In this document: positions 8,116 through 16,302 of the stretch, piece after piece
Numbering within the stretch: position 1 is the first letter of the stretch
Layout: each line of letters starts with the position of its first letter
Translations under genes and position numbers: made by a program
Notes under the pieces: generated by a model
Told to the model about the DNA's origin: nothing
Database searches by the model: none
The model's input: the letters and a program-made list of their open reading frames with translations, nothing else
Origin: Alphaproteobacteria bacterium
GTDB lineage: Bacteria; Pseudomonadota; Alphaproteobacteria; Bin65
Assembly: GCA_050186335.1 (NCBI GenBank)
Contig: JBFWYO010000033.1
Coordinates: 1-40,000 of the forward strand
DNA: 40,000 nucleotides
Direction of reading: 5' to 3'

Positions 8116-9141
8116 TCAGGCGCGCGCCGCCTCGGCATGCAGGCGAAGCAGCGCCGGGATCGTGGCCGGCGCGCGCCGGCCGAATCCGCATTCGGCCGCG
8201 ATGCCGAAGCCGGGACGGAATTTGGCCGCGGCCCGCGCGCGCTGCTGCGTGCCCGCGATGCCGTCCTCGTTGTGCACCAGACCGAGATAAAATTCGGTCT
8301 CGGGCTTCAGCCGCAAGCCTGCCAGCGGCGCGAAGAACGCATCGTCCGTGCGGTCGCGCGGCACCGGCATGTGGAGAAACTCAAGCGTGCGCGTCAGGCG
8401 GCGCGCGATGTCGTTGGCAATATCGGTCATCAGGCCGGCGTCCTTTGGATCCATCCAGTGCTTGCCGCCCATGCTGCCGTAACACAAGTGATAGCCGAGC
8501 TCGACCGCGGCCGGGACGCAATCGCCCAAATACGCCAGTCGCGCGCGCAGAAACTCGGTGCCGCCGGGCAACACGCACGGATAGACGCCTTCGAAATTGC
8601 TCATTTCGGTCGCGACATCCCATTGCACGGCCAGTTGATCGTGCGGAATTGCGGCGCACAGTGCGGCAAGTTCGTCGAGCAATCGGGCCTCATATTTCGG
8701 ATAGATCGCGGGCTGCAAATCGTACGCGGTGTGGGCGTAGACCGGCGCATAGGCGGTCGGCAGGGCGACCAGGAAGCGCGTCGCCGACGGAATCGCGCCG
8801 TCGCCTTTCAGGCGTCGGAACACGGCATACGAGTCCTTGGCGTGATCTGCGTAGCCGAGCGCGCCGAATTGAATCTCGTCGATCGAATGCCCGGGGCGCA
8901 GCCGCAACGGCGGGAACATCTGGTAATCGCGCTCGCGGGCGGGCGCCGGCTCGAGCGCGGTTTGCGCGCTGAACCATTCCCGCTGCCAGCCGATCCATGT
9001 GCCGCGCTGCCCGGTTTCGCCGTCCGGCAGGCGTTTGATCAGGGTGCCAAGTGCTTGAGACGACAGGCGGAATACCGCCTCCGGCGATTCCAGGGGGACG
9101 CTGCCGACGAGATGGATGAGGCGGGCGGAAGTCGCGGTCAT
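8116..9141 (-). CDS. uncharacterised protein, MetE C-terminal/UROD-like putative Zn enzyme family (paralogue 1)
   Basis: This 341 aa ORF has good GC3 bias. The motifs LVGSVP, RLPDGETG, VALPT, QWD, VELGYHLCYG, LHMPVPRDRTDDAFFAPL, GLVH and AAECGFGRR recur in the paralogue at 28879-29886. The H-x-C ... E-C-G arrangement resembles the Zn ligands of cobalamin-independent methionine synthase; this is an inference. Confidence 0.8.
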   Translation of the reverse strand: MTATSARLIHLVGSVPLESPEAVFRLSSQALGTLIKRLPDGETGQRGTWIGWQREWFSAQTALEPAPARERDYQMFPPLRLRPGHSIDEIQFGALGYADHAKDSYAVFRRLKGDGAIPSATRFLVALPTAYAPVYAHTAYDLQPAIYPKYEARLLDELAALCAAIPHDQLAVQWDVATEMSNFEGVYPCVLPGGTEFLRARLAYLGDCVPAAVELGYHLCYGSMGGKHWMDPKDAGLMTDIANDIARRLTRTLEFLHMPVPRDRTDDAFFAPLAGLRLKPETEFYLGLVHNEDGIAGTQQRARAAAKFRPGFGIAAECGFGRRAPATIPALLRLHAEAARA

Positions 9142-9190
9142 GAAATTTTCCTGTCAGAATCCAATTGCGCGACCCTAGCTCGAACGATTA

Positions 9191-9234
9191 GTGTGTTTCA
9201 ACACACGAAACATTGTTTTACTAGTTAAACATTG
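9191..9234. promoter_or_regulatory. Candidate operator cluster in the divergent promoter region
   Basis: Three elements lie in an AT-rich stretch between the divergent operons. GTGTGTT-tc-AACACAC (9191-9206) is a perfect 7-2-7 inverted repeat. AAACA-t-TGTTT (9208-9218) is a 5-1-5 palindrome. AAACATTG occurs as a direct repeat at 9208-9215 and 9227-9234. Confidence 0.4.
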
Positions 9235-9256
9235 ATGATGCTCTCAGGAGAGTGAA

Positions 9257-9490
9257 ATGGCGCTGAACCCGGACGTACCCGGCTGGCATTACCCGACGCA
9301 GACGCGCGACCGGCCGCACGGCGATTTCGAGAACCGCCTGGGCGATGCCCTCGAGGCGATCTTTCGCGCCGGCACGCACGACCTGCCGGGGATCGTCGCG
9401 GCGCTCAATCAGCGCGGCACGCGCACCCGCTCGGGGTTGGCCTGGACTGAAGAAAGCTTCCGTGCCGCGATGGCGGAACTGGGCAACTGA
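9257..9490 (+). CDS. small (77 aa) protein, possibly a recombinase-like helix-turn-helix protein
   Basis: A strong RBS (AGGAGAG) lies 6 nt upstream of the ATG, and the stop is 4 nt before the ABC ATPase start. The C-terminal LNQRGTRTRSGLAWTEESFRAAMAELG resembles the short recognition segment of serine-recombinase recombinase domains; this is from memory and unverified. Confidence 0.65.
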   Translation: MALNPDVPGWHYPTQTRDRPHGDFENRLGDALEAIFRAGTHDLPGIVAALNQRGTRTRSGLAWTEESFRAAMAELGN

Positions 9491-9494
9491 TCCG

Positions 9495-10307
9495 ATGGAC
9501 GCCTCCGCCATTCCCGCCGAACGACTGCGCTTCGATTGCGTGACCAAGCGGTTTCCGCCGGCGCGCGATCGCCGCGGTAATGACGGTGTGACGGCGATCC
9601 AGGACGTCGAGATCGCGGTCAAGGATTGCGAAGTGGTGGCACTGATCGGGCCGTCCGGCTGCGGCAAGAGCACGCTGCTCAATCTGGCCTCGGGGCTCGA
9701 TCGGCCGTCCGGCGGGCGCGTGTTCGTCGACGGCAAGGAAGTCACCGGGCCGAACCGGCATGTCGCCTTCATGCTGCAAAAGGACCTGCTGCTGCCGTGG
9801 CGCACGATAAGGCAGAACGTCGAATTCGGCCTCGAGATTCACGGCGTGGCGCCCGCCATGCGCCGCGTGCGCGCAGAATCGCTCCTGGTCAAATACCATC
9901 TCGGCGAGTTCATGGATCATTATCCGCACCAATTGTCCGGCGGCATGCGCCAGCGCGCCGCGATGGCGCGCACCATGGCCATGGATCCGGACGTGCTGCT
10001 GTTGGACGAGCCGTTCTCGGCGCTCGACGCCCAAACCAAGATGGTGCTGCAGCAGGATCTCGCGCGCACGCTCAAGGAAGAAAAGAAGACCGCCTTCCTG
10101 ATCACCCACGATCTGGTCGAGGCGCTGGCGCTCTGCGATCGCGTGCTGGTGATGTCGCGCCGGCCCGGACGCATCGTCCGCGAAATCGTCGTCGACATAC
10201 CGGACCGCGACGATCCCATGACTCGACGCCGCAACAACAAGATCAACGACTATATCGCGGAGCTCATGCAGCTGCTCGATATCGGACATACCAAGCTCGA
10301 CGCCTAA
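9495..10307 (+). CDS. ABC transporter ATP-binding protein (NitT/TauT nitrate/sulfonate/bicarbonate-type family)
   Basis: Walker A is GPSGCGKST, the signature motif is LSGGMRQR, and Walker B is LLLDEPFSALD. The track ORF 9345.. was trimmed to the ATG at 9495 (MDASAIPAERLRFDCVTKRF). Confidence 0.9.
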   Translation: MDASAIPAERLRFDCVTKRFPPARDRRGNDGVTAIQDVEIAVKDCEVVALIGPSGCGKSTLLNLASGLDRPSGGRVFVDGKEVTGPNRHVAFMLQKDLLLPWRTIRQNVEFGLEIHGVAPAMRRVRAESLLVKYHLGEFMDHYPHQLSGGMRQRAAMARTMAMDPDVLLLDEPFSALDAQTKMVLQQDLARTLKEEKKTAFLITHDLVEALALCDRVLVMSRRPGRIVREIVVDIPDRDDPMTRRRNNKINDYIAELMQLLDIGHTKLDA

Positions 10308-10327
10308 GAAACGACAGGAGAACAGGG

Positions 10328-11320
10328 ATGCTTATGAAAAAAACGTGGTTGCTGGCTGCCATGGCGGCGGCCGGTATGACGACGATGGGGTTGGCGGCTT
10401 CGCCGGCTTCGGCGCAGCAGCAGCAGAAGGTCACCTATTTATTGCCGGCGCCGGTGTTCTTGCCGGCGTTCGCGCCCTGGATGCTCGCCAAGCACAAAGG
10501 CTACTACAAGGCCGAAGGCCTCGATGTGGAGTTCCAGAGCGGCAAGGGCGGCGTCGATACCGCAAAGCAGGTCGGGGCCGGTAATGCCGATATCGGCGGC
10601 GGCGTCGGCGATACCGCGGTCATCGTGCGGCCGAACGACATTCCGGTCAAAGCGGTCGCAGTGTTGGGCGGCAAGTCGCTGGCGCTGATCGTCGTGCACG
10701 CCGATTCGGGCATCAACAGCCCGAAGGATCTGAAAGGCAAGAAAGTCTCGGCGCAGTCGCTGGTCGATACGACCTACTACGCGCTGCTCGGCACGCTGGC
10801 GTCGCAGGGCCTGAGCAAGAACGACGTCGAGGTGCAGCCGGTCGGCCCGGTCAACGTGTGGAAGGTCTTCGCCGGCAAGCAGGTCGACGCCATGGTCGGC
10901 GTGCCGGACTTCTTGGCCTCGGCGGAAACCGCGGGCGCCAAAGTAAAGGTGTTCCCGACGCACGAATATTTCGAGAACATGGCGCAGGCGATCATCGCGT
11001 CCGACGACATGATCAAGAAGAACCCGGAAATGATCCGCAAGGTCGTGCGCGCCACGCTAAAGGGCATGGCCGACATCATGAAGGACCCGGCGCAGGCGAC
11101 CAAGGACTACATCGCCGCCGTGCCGCAGCACAAAGGTAAGGAAGAGGAGATGGGCCGCGTGCTCTCCTATTACGCCAAGTTCGTTTACCCCGGCCAAAAG
11201 ACGATCGGCGAAATGGACGAAGCGCGTCTGACCAAGCTGCAGGAATTCTACCTGAAGCAGGGCATCATCCAGAAAGCCACCCCGGTGAAGGATCTCTACT
11301 CGAATGCCTTCATCAAGTAA
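10328..11320 (+). CDS. ABC transporter periplasmic substrate-binding protein (NMT1/THI5-like, NitT/TauT family)
   Basis: The signal peptide is M(LM)KKTWLLAAMAAAGMTTMGLAASPASAQQ, and AGGAGA lies upstream. The start is either ATG 10328 or 10334. The upstream 230 aa of track ORF 9626..11320 are out-of-frame read-through across the ATPase gene. Confidence 0.85.
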   Translation: MLMKKTWLLAAMAAAGMTTMGLAASPASAQQQQKVTYLLPAPVFLPAFAPWMLAKHKGYYKAEGLDVEFQSGKGGVDTAKQVGAGNADIGGGVGDTAVIVRPNDIPVKAVAVLGGKSLALIVVHADSGINSPKDLKGKKVSAQSLVDTTYYALLGTLASQGLSKNDVEVQPVGPVNVWKVFAGKQVDAMVGVPDFLASAETAGAKVKVFPTHEYFENMAQAIIASDDMIKKNPEMIRKVVRATLKGMADIMKDPAQATKDYIAAVPQHKGKEEEMGRVLSYYAKFVYPGQKTIGEMDEARLTKLQEFYLKQGIIQKATPVKDLYSNAFIK

Positions 11321-12197
11321 CGATCGCGCCGCGCCCGTCGCGGCGCAAACGCAGCAACCCGGCGCCGCCGCGGCACAGTCCGCAACGGCGCCGGCGCGCG
11401 GCTTTTACGTGCGCAAGGAAGTCTGGTTCAGCCTCGGCTTTCTTCTGCTCGCGCTGGCGGGGTGGGAGTGGGGCACCCAATGGCTGGGCATCCCGCTGTT
11501 CATCATCCCGCCGCCGTCGAAGATTGCGGTCGAATTCGTCCGGCTGCTGGGCGCGGAGAATCTCCTGTTCCACACCGGCATCACGTTGATGCAGGTGCTG
11601 GTTGGTTTCATTTTAGGCGCGCTGCTCGGCATGTTCATCGGCTACGTGCTCGGCATGTCGCCGACCACGGAATTCGTCCTCTCGCCCTATATCCTGGCGC
11701 TGCAGATCGCGCCCAAGGTTGCATTTGCGCCGCTGTTCGTCATGTGGTTCGGCTACACCGTCTATCCCAAGATTCTGGTCGCCATCCTGATCGTGTTCTT
11801 CCCGGTCATGGTCAACGTGGTCGCCGCCGTACGCGCGATCGATCCGGCGCAGATAAACCTTGCGCGCTCGTTCAACGCCACGCGCATGCAGATCTTCTGG
11901 AAGATCGAGTTTCCGGCCTCGATGCCGCCCCTGTTCGCGGGCCTGCGCATCGGCTCGACGCTGGCCGTGATCGGCATCGTCGTCGGCGAACTGGTCGGCG
12001 GCACGACCGGGCTCGGTTATCTGCTCACGTTCGGCGAAGGCCAGGGCAACTCGCCCATGGTGTTTGTCGTCATCATCATGCTCACGCTTATCGGAATCAT
12101 CGCCTACTGCGCCGTCATCCTGCTGGAGCGGCGCGTCCTGCATTACATGCCGCGCCGGGACTTTGGCGATGTCGGCGCGCAAGGAGGTAAGTCCTGA
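11304..12197 (+). CDS. ABC transporter permease (NitT/TauT family)
   Basis: A multi-span membrane protein containing NLARSFNATRMQIFWKIEFPASMP, the EAA-loop region typical of TauC/SsuC-like permeases. It overlaps the end of the SBP gene. Confidence 0.85.
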   Translation: MPSSSNDRAAPVAAQTQQPGAAAAQSATAPARGFYVRKEVWFSLGFLLLALAGWEWGTQWLGIPLFIIPPPSKIAVEFVRLLGAENLLFHTGITLMQVLVGFILGALLGMFIGYVLGMSPTTEFVLSPYILALQIAPKVAFAPLFVMWFGYTVYPKILVAILIVFFPVMVNVVAAVRAIDPAQINLARSFNATRMQIFWKIEFPASMPPLFAGLRIGSTLAVIGIVVGELVGGTTGLGYLLTFGEGQGNSPMVFVVIIMLTLIGIIAYCAVILLERRVLHYMPRRDFGDVGAQGGKS

Positions 12198-12742
12198 TGT
12201 CCCCCGCTGATGGCTCTAGCCCGCAAAGCAATCCCGTCGCCAAGCCGCCGGGCAAGTCGCTCGCCGAATGGCTGAAAACGCGCATCGCGCGATATGCGAC
12301 GCGCACATACGATTGGGACGCGCTCAAGTTCCAGGCCGACTACGATCCGAAATACCGCCGCGCGCAGATGCGCTACATCGGCACCGGCGGCACCGGCATC
12401 GCAAGCGACGACAATGCGGTTCCGCCCGAGCATTTCACCTTTTCCACCATGGTGCTGCCGCCGAAGTGCGAAGGTCCGCTGCACATCCATCACGACGTCG
12501 AGGAAGTGTTCTTCATGATCCGCGGCAAGATTCGCCTGTTCATGGAACTCGACGGCGAGAAATGGGAAACCGAACTCGGCGAGCGGGATTTGATCTCCGT
12601 GCCGGCCGGCGTCTACCGCGGATTGATCAACGAACGCGATGAAGAGGCGCTGATGTGCGTCATGCTCGGCTCGGCCAAGCCGACGATCCCGAATTATCCG
12701 GCGGATCACCCGCTGGCCAAGATCGACCGGAAGAAGAAGTAA
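12197..12742 (+). CDS. cupin domain protein
   Basis: GPLHIHHDVEEVFFMIRG fits cupin motif 1 (HxH...E). The second motif region, ISVPAGVYRGLIN, lacks the usual His. The start overlaps the permease stop (TGATG). Confidence 0.8.
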   Translation: MSPADGSSPQSNPVAKPPGKSLAEWLKTRIARYATRTYDWDALKFQADYDPKYRRAQMRYIGTGGTGIASDDNAVPPEHFTFSTMVLPPKCEGPLHIHHDVEEVFFMIRGKIRLFMELDGEKWETELGERDLISVPAGVYRGLINERDEEALMCVMLGSAKPTIPNYPADHPLAKIDRKKK

Positions 12743-12764
12743 GCGCGAGTTCAAGGAGAGTTCG

Positions 12765-13811
12765 ATGAGCGAAGCTGTTTCGGCGAACGACGTGCAGGAT
12801 CGCATGGCGCTCGGCCTGCGGGGCCAATGGTACGCGCTGATGCCGTCGCGCTGGGTGGCCGGCGACAAGCCGGTCCAGGTCACGCGGCTGGGCGAAAAGC
12901 TGGTCGTGTGGCGCGACTCGAAGGGTATCGCCCACGTGCAGCGCGATGTCTGCCCGCATCGGGGCGCGCCGCTCTCGCTCGGCCGCGTCATCGACGACCG
13001 CATCACCTGCCCGTATCACGGCATTCAGCTCGACGGCACCGGCACGATCAAATCGGTGCCGGCCTTCCCGGGCTGTTCGCTCGAAGGCAAGCACGCGCTG
13101 AAAACCCTGCCGTCGATGGAACTGCGCGACGCGATCTTCGCCTATTTCGACAGCGCCGAGCATCCCGAGCCGGTGCCGTTCGATCCGCCGTTCGAGTTCG
13201 CCTCGCCGCAGTGGAGCGGCATGCTGTGTTCGGGACACTGGAAATCGAGCCATCTGCTGGTGCACGACAATCTGGTCGATCCGATGCACGGCTCGTTCCT
13301 GCACGCCGAATCGTTCACGCTCGCGTACGGCGCCAAGCAGGACAAGATGGCGATCGAGAAGACCGACAAGGGCTTCATCGTCAAGCGCCTGGAGCAGCAG
13401 GGCGTCAATTTCGATTGGACGGAATATTGCGATACCGGCGCGCAATGGTATCGCTTGGATATTCCGTATCCGGCGGGCGCCGGCCCGGGCGGGCCGTTCC
13501 GCATCATCGGCTTCGTCACGCCGATCGATCGCCACAACACCCAGGTGTTCTTCTGGCGCATGCGCGAGGTCGACGGCTGGCAGCGCGATGCATGGCGCTT
13601 CATGTACCGCAACCGGCTCGAATACCGCCATTGGGTGGTGCTCGAGCAGGATCGCGTCGCCGTCGAAGGCATCGAGGACGACGTGACCGAAATGCTCTAC
13701 CAGCACGACATCGGCGTCACGCACCTGCGCCGCCTGATGCAGCAGACCGCGCGCAAGCAGCTCGATGCCGCCGCGAAGGCAAAACCGGCCACGGCGCACG
13801 CGGCGGAGTAG
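12765..13811 (+). CDS. Rieske [2Fe-2S] non-heme-iron oxygenase, VanA/phthalate-dioxygenase (class IA-type) family, oxygenase component
   Basis: The Rieske motif is CPHRGAPLSLGR...x...CPYHG. The mononuclear iron motif is DNLVDPMHGSFLH (D-x2-H-x4-H). The 348 aa length is typical of single-subunit VanA-like oxygenases. Confidence 0.9.
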   Translation: MSEAVSANDVQDRMALGLRGQWYALMPSRWVAGDKPVQVTRLGEKLVVWRDSKGIAHVQRDVCPHRGAPLSLGRVIDDRITCPYHGIQLDGTGTIKSVPAFPGCSLEGKHALKTLPSMELRDAIFAYFDSAEHPEPVPFDPPFEFASPQWSGMLCSGHWKSSHLLVHDNLVDPMHGSFLHAESFTLAYGAKQDKMAIEKTDKGFIVKRLEQQGVNFDWTEYCDTGAQWYRLDIPYPAGAGPGGPFRIIGFVTPIDRHNTQVFFWRMREVDGWQRDAWRFMYRNRLEYRHWVVLEQDRVAVEGIEDDVTEMLYQHDIGVTHLRRLMQQTARKQLDAAAKAKPATAHAAE

Positions 13812-13818
13812 AACATCG

Positions 13819-14607
13819 ATGCCGCCGTTAATGCCTGGCCTCTTGCATGACAAAATCATTCTCGTCACCGGCGCCGGGCGCGGGCTGGGGCGGGCGTTCG
13901 CGCATGCCGCGGCGGATGCCGGGGCGGCCTCGGTTATTGTCGCGGAACTGAACGAAGGTTGGGGACGCGCCACGGTCTCGCAACTGCTGGACAAAGGCGC
14001 CGATGCCACGTTCCTGCCGCTCGACCTCGGCGAGCCGGCGAGCGTAACCGCGATGGCGGATGCGATCGGGCAGCGCTTCGGGCGCCTCGACGGGCTGGTC
14101 AACAACGGGGCGATCGCCACCGACATCGGCGGCAAGACGTTCGAGCAGATCGACATCGAAACCTGGGATCGCGTCATGCGCGTCAATGTGCGCGGCACCT
14201 GGCTCGCGATCAAAGCCTGCGCCCAGCTGCTGCGCGCCGGTGCGGCGCGCGAGAACAAGGGCGCACGCATCGTCAATCTGGCGTCGGACACCGCGCTGTG
14301 GGGCGCGCCGCGGCTTCTGCATTATGTCGGCTCGAAGGGTGCAATCATCGCCATGACGCGATCGCTCGCCCGCGAGCTGGGCCCGGATCAGATTGCGGTC
14401 AACTGCATCGCGCCGGGGCTCACATTGGTCGAAGCGACCGAGTACGTGCCGCAGGAACGGCACGATTTTTACGTCGATAACCGCGCCATGCCGCGCAAGC
14501 AGACGCCGGAGGACGTGACCGGCGCCTGCGTGTTTCTGCTGTCCGACGGCGCCGCCTTCGTGACCGGCCAGTTGCTGCCGGTCAACGGCGGTATCGTGTT
14601 CAATTAG
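13819..14607 (+). CDS. SDR family oxidoreductase
   Basis: The translation contains TGAGRGLG (cofactor motif), NNGA, and a catalytic Y-x3-K (HYVGSKGA). ATG 13819 is preferred over the track start at 13765, which overlaps the Rieske gene. Confidence 0.9.
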   Translation: MPPLMPGLLHDKIILVTGAGRGLGRAFAHAAADAGAASVIVAELNEGWGRATVSQLLDKGADATFLPLDLGEPASVTAMADAIGQRFGRLDGLVNNGAIATDIGGKTFEQIDIETWDRVMRVNVRGTWLAIKACAQLLRAGAARENKGARIVNLASDTALWGAPRLLHYVGSKGAIIAMTRSLARELGPDQIAVNCIAPGLTLVEATEYVPQERHDFYVDNRAMPRKQTPEDVTGACVFLLSDGAAFVTGQLLPVNGGIVFN

Positions 14608-14617
14608 GGGGCGAATC

Positions 14618-15439
14618 ATGAGCCTACCTCCGTTACAGCGCTTGCTGCTCGACGGCCGCAGTCTGTCGTGGCGCGAATCCGGCGCCGGCACGCCCTTGGT
14701 CTTGATGCACGGCATCGGCTCGTCGTCGCAGAGTTGGGCCGACCAGTACGACGATTTCGCAAATCGGTATCGCGTGATCGGCTGGGACGCGCCGGGCTAC
14801 GGAGCGTCGACCGAATTCGCGCAGGAATCGCCCGGCACGGACGATTATGCGAACGCCATGGCCCGGTTATTGGACGGGCTGCGGATCAAGACTTGTTTCC
14901 TGCTCGGCCATTCGTTGGGCGCCTTGATGGCGGCGCGATTCGCCGCGGCCAATCCCGAGCGCGTCGCCGCGCTGATGCTGACCAGCGCGGCCGCGGGTCA
15001 CGCACGCCTGGCCGCCGAAGATCGCGCCAAGCGCCTGCAGGACCGGCTCGACGACATTTCGAAACTGGGCCCGAAGGGCATGGCGGAAAAAAGCGCGCCG
15101 CGCGTGGTCGCTCCCGGTACCGACGATGCCACACTGGCGCGCGTGCGCGCGAACATGTCGCTGGTGCGGCCGCGCGGCTACGCGCAGGCGGCGCGCATGC
15201 TCTCGGGCGGCGACATTTGGGCCGATCTGCCCAAGATCGCATGCCCGACGCTGGTCATGTGCGGCAGCGCGGACATGGTGACGCCGGAAGCGATCAACAG
15301 GGACATGGCGAGCAAGATTGCGGGCGCCGAATACGTTTCGCTGCCGGGCCTCGGCCATCTGACCTACATCGAATCGCGGGCCGAGTTCGGCGGACCCATT
15401 CTCGATTTCTTAGCGCGGCAGGAGCGGCGGGCGGCATGA
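14618..15439 (+). CDS. alpha/beta hydrolase (meta-cleavage-product hydrolase / enol-lactonase-like)
   Basis: LVLMHGIGSS, the nucleophile elbow GHSLG and a C-terminal GHLTYIE (catalytic His region) are present. Confidence 0.9.
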   Translation: MSLPPLQRLLLDGRSLSWRESGAGTPLVLMHGIGSSSQSWADQYDDFANRYRVIGWDAPGYGASTEFAQESPGTDDYANAMARLLDGLRIKTCFLLGHSLGALMAARFAAANPERVAALMLTSAAAGHARLAAEDRAKRLQDRLDDISKLGPKGMAEKSAPRVVAPGTDDATLARVRANMSLVRPRGYAQAARMLSGGDIWADLPKIACPTLVMCGSADMVTPEAINRDMASKIAGAEYVSLPGLGHLTYIESRAEFGGPILDFLARQERRAA

Positions 15440-16290
15440 CGAAGAACATCAAGGTGTACGAGCGCGAAGGTTTGGGCGGCAAGGGCGCCATCGCCGAGGC
15501 GGTCGCCGACGAACGCTACCGCGTGCCGGCGCTGGCGCGCGGCCTGGCGCTGCTCGAAGCGTTCGGCGCCGACCGCAAGTCGCTGTCGCTGGTCGAACTC
15601 AGCCGCGCCATCGGCCTGTCGCGCTCGTCCGCATACCGGCTGGTGTTCACCTTGAGCGAACTCGGCTTTCTGGTGCGCGAGCCGGAGTCGAAGAACTATC
15701 GCCTCGGCGCGCGCGTGTTGAACCTCGGTTTCACCTATCTGGCGTCGCAGGAGCTGATCGAACTGGCGCGGCCGCATCTCGAAGCGTTGCGTGATACGAC
15801 CAACTGTTCGGCGCATCTGGGCGTGCTCGACGGCACCGACATCGTCTATGTCGCGCGCGTGCCGGATCACAAGGCGCTGACCAGCCGCGTGCATGTCGGT
15901 ACGCGACTGCCGGCGCATGCCACGTCGATGGGCCGCGCCATGCTGAGCCGTTACAGCGAAGCCGATGTGCGCGCCCGCTTCAAGGGCAAGCCATTGAAGT
16001 CGTTCACCTCGCAGACGGCGACGACGCTCGATGCCCTGGTCGCCCGGCTGGCCGAGGATCGCACGCATGACGTCATCATCAGCCGGGGCGCCTTCGAAAG
16101 CGGTATCGCCAGCGTGGCGGCACCGTTGCTCGATGCCGAAGGCCGTGCCGTGGCGGCGATCAATATTTCCACGCCGGCGTCGACGCTGCGCGGGCGCGAA
16201 CTCGAAACCAGCTTCACCGATGCGGTACGCGCCGCCGCGCAGGCGATTTCGCAATGGCTCGGTCACAAAACCAAGCGCGCCGGCCTTTAG
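15436..16290 (+). CDS. IclR family transcriptional regulator
   Basis: The HTH region is LSLVELSRAIGLSRSSAYRLVFTLSELGFL, and the effector domain contains LGVLDG..IVYVARV...ATSMGRAML...AAPLLDAEGRAVAAINIS. An ATGA overlap with the hydrolase stop sets the start. The track entry 14668..16290 is an off-frame fusion. Confidence 0.9.
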   Translation: MTKNIKVYEREGLGGKGAIAEAVADERYRVPALARGLALLEAFGADRKSLSLVELSRAIGLSRSSAYRLVFTLSELGFLVREPESKNYRLGARVLNLGFTYLASQELIELARPHLEALRDTTNCSAHLGVLDGTDIVYVARVPDHKALTSRVHVGTRLPAHATSMGRAMLSRYSEADVRARFKGKPLKSFTSQTATTLDALVARLAEDRTHDVIISRGAFESGIASVAAPLLDAEGRAVAAINISTPASTLRGRELETSFTDAVRAAAQAISQWLGHKTKRAGL

Positions 16291-16302
16291 CAGGAGAACG
16301 AC

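Noticed and set aside
9626-10327. The first ~230 codons of track ORF 9626..11320, plus similar 5' read-throughs of 9345.., 14668.., 38232..39692, 30804..32033 and 2453..3847
   Set aside because: The upstream parts overlap the preceding gene in another frame and have abnormal composition. The internal start codons coincide with signal peptides, RBSs or family N-termini.
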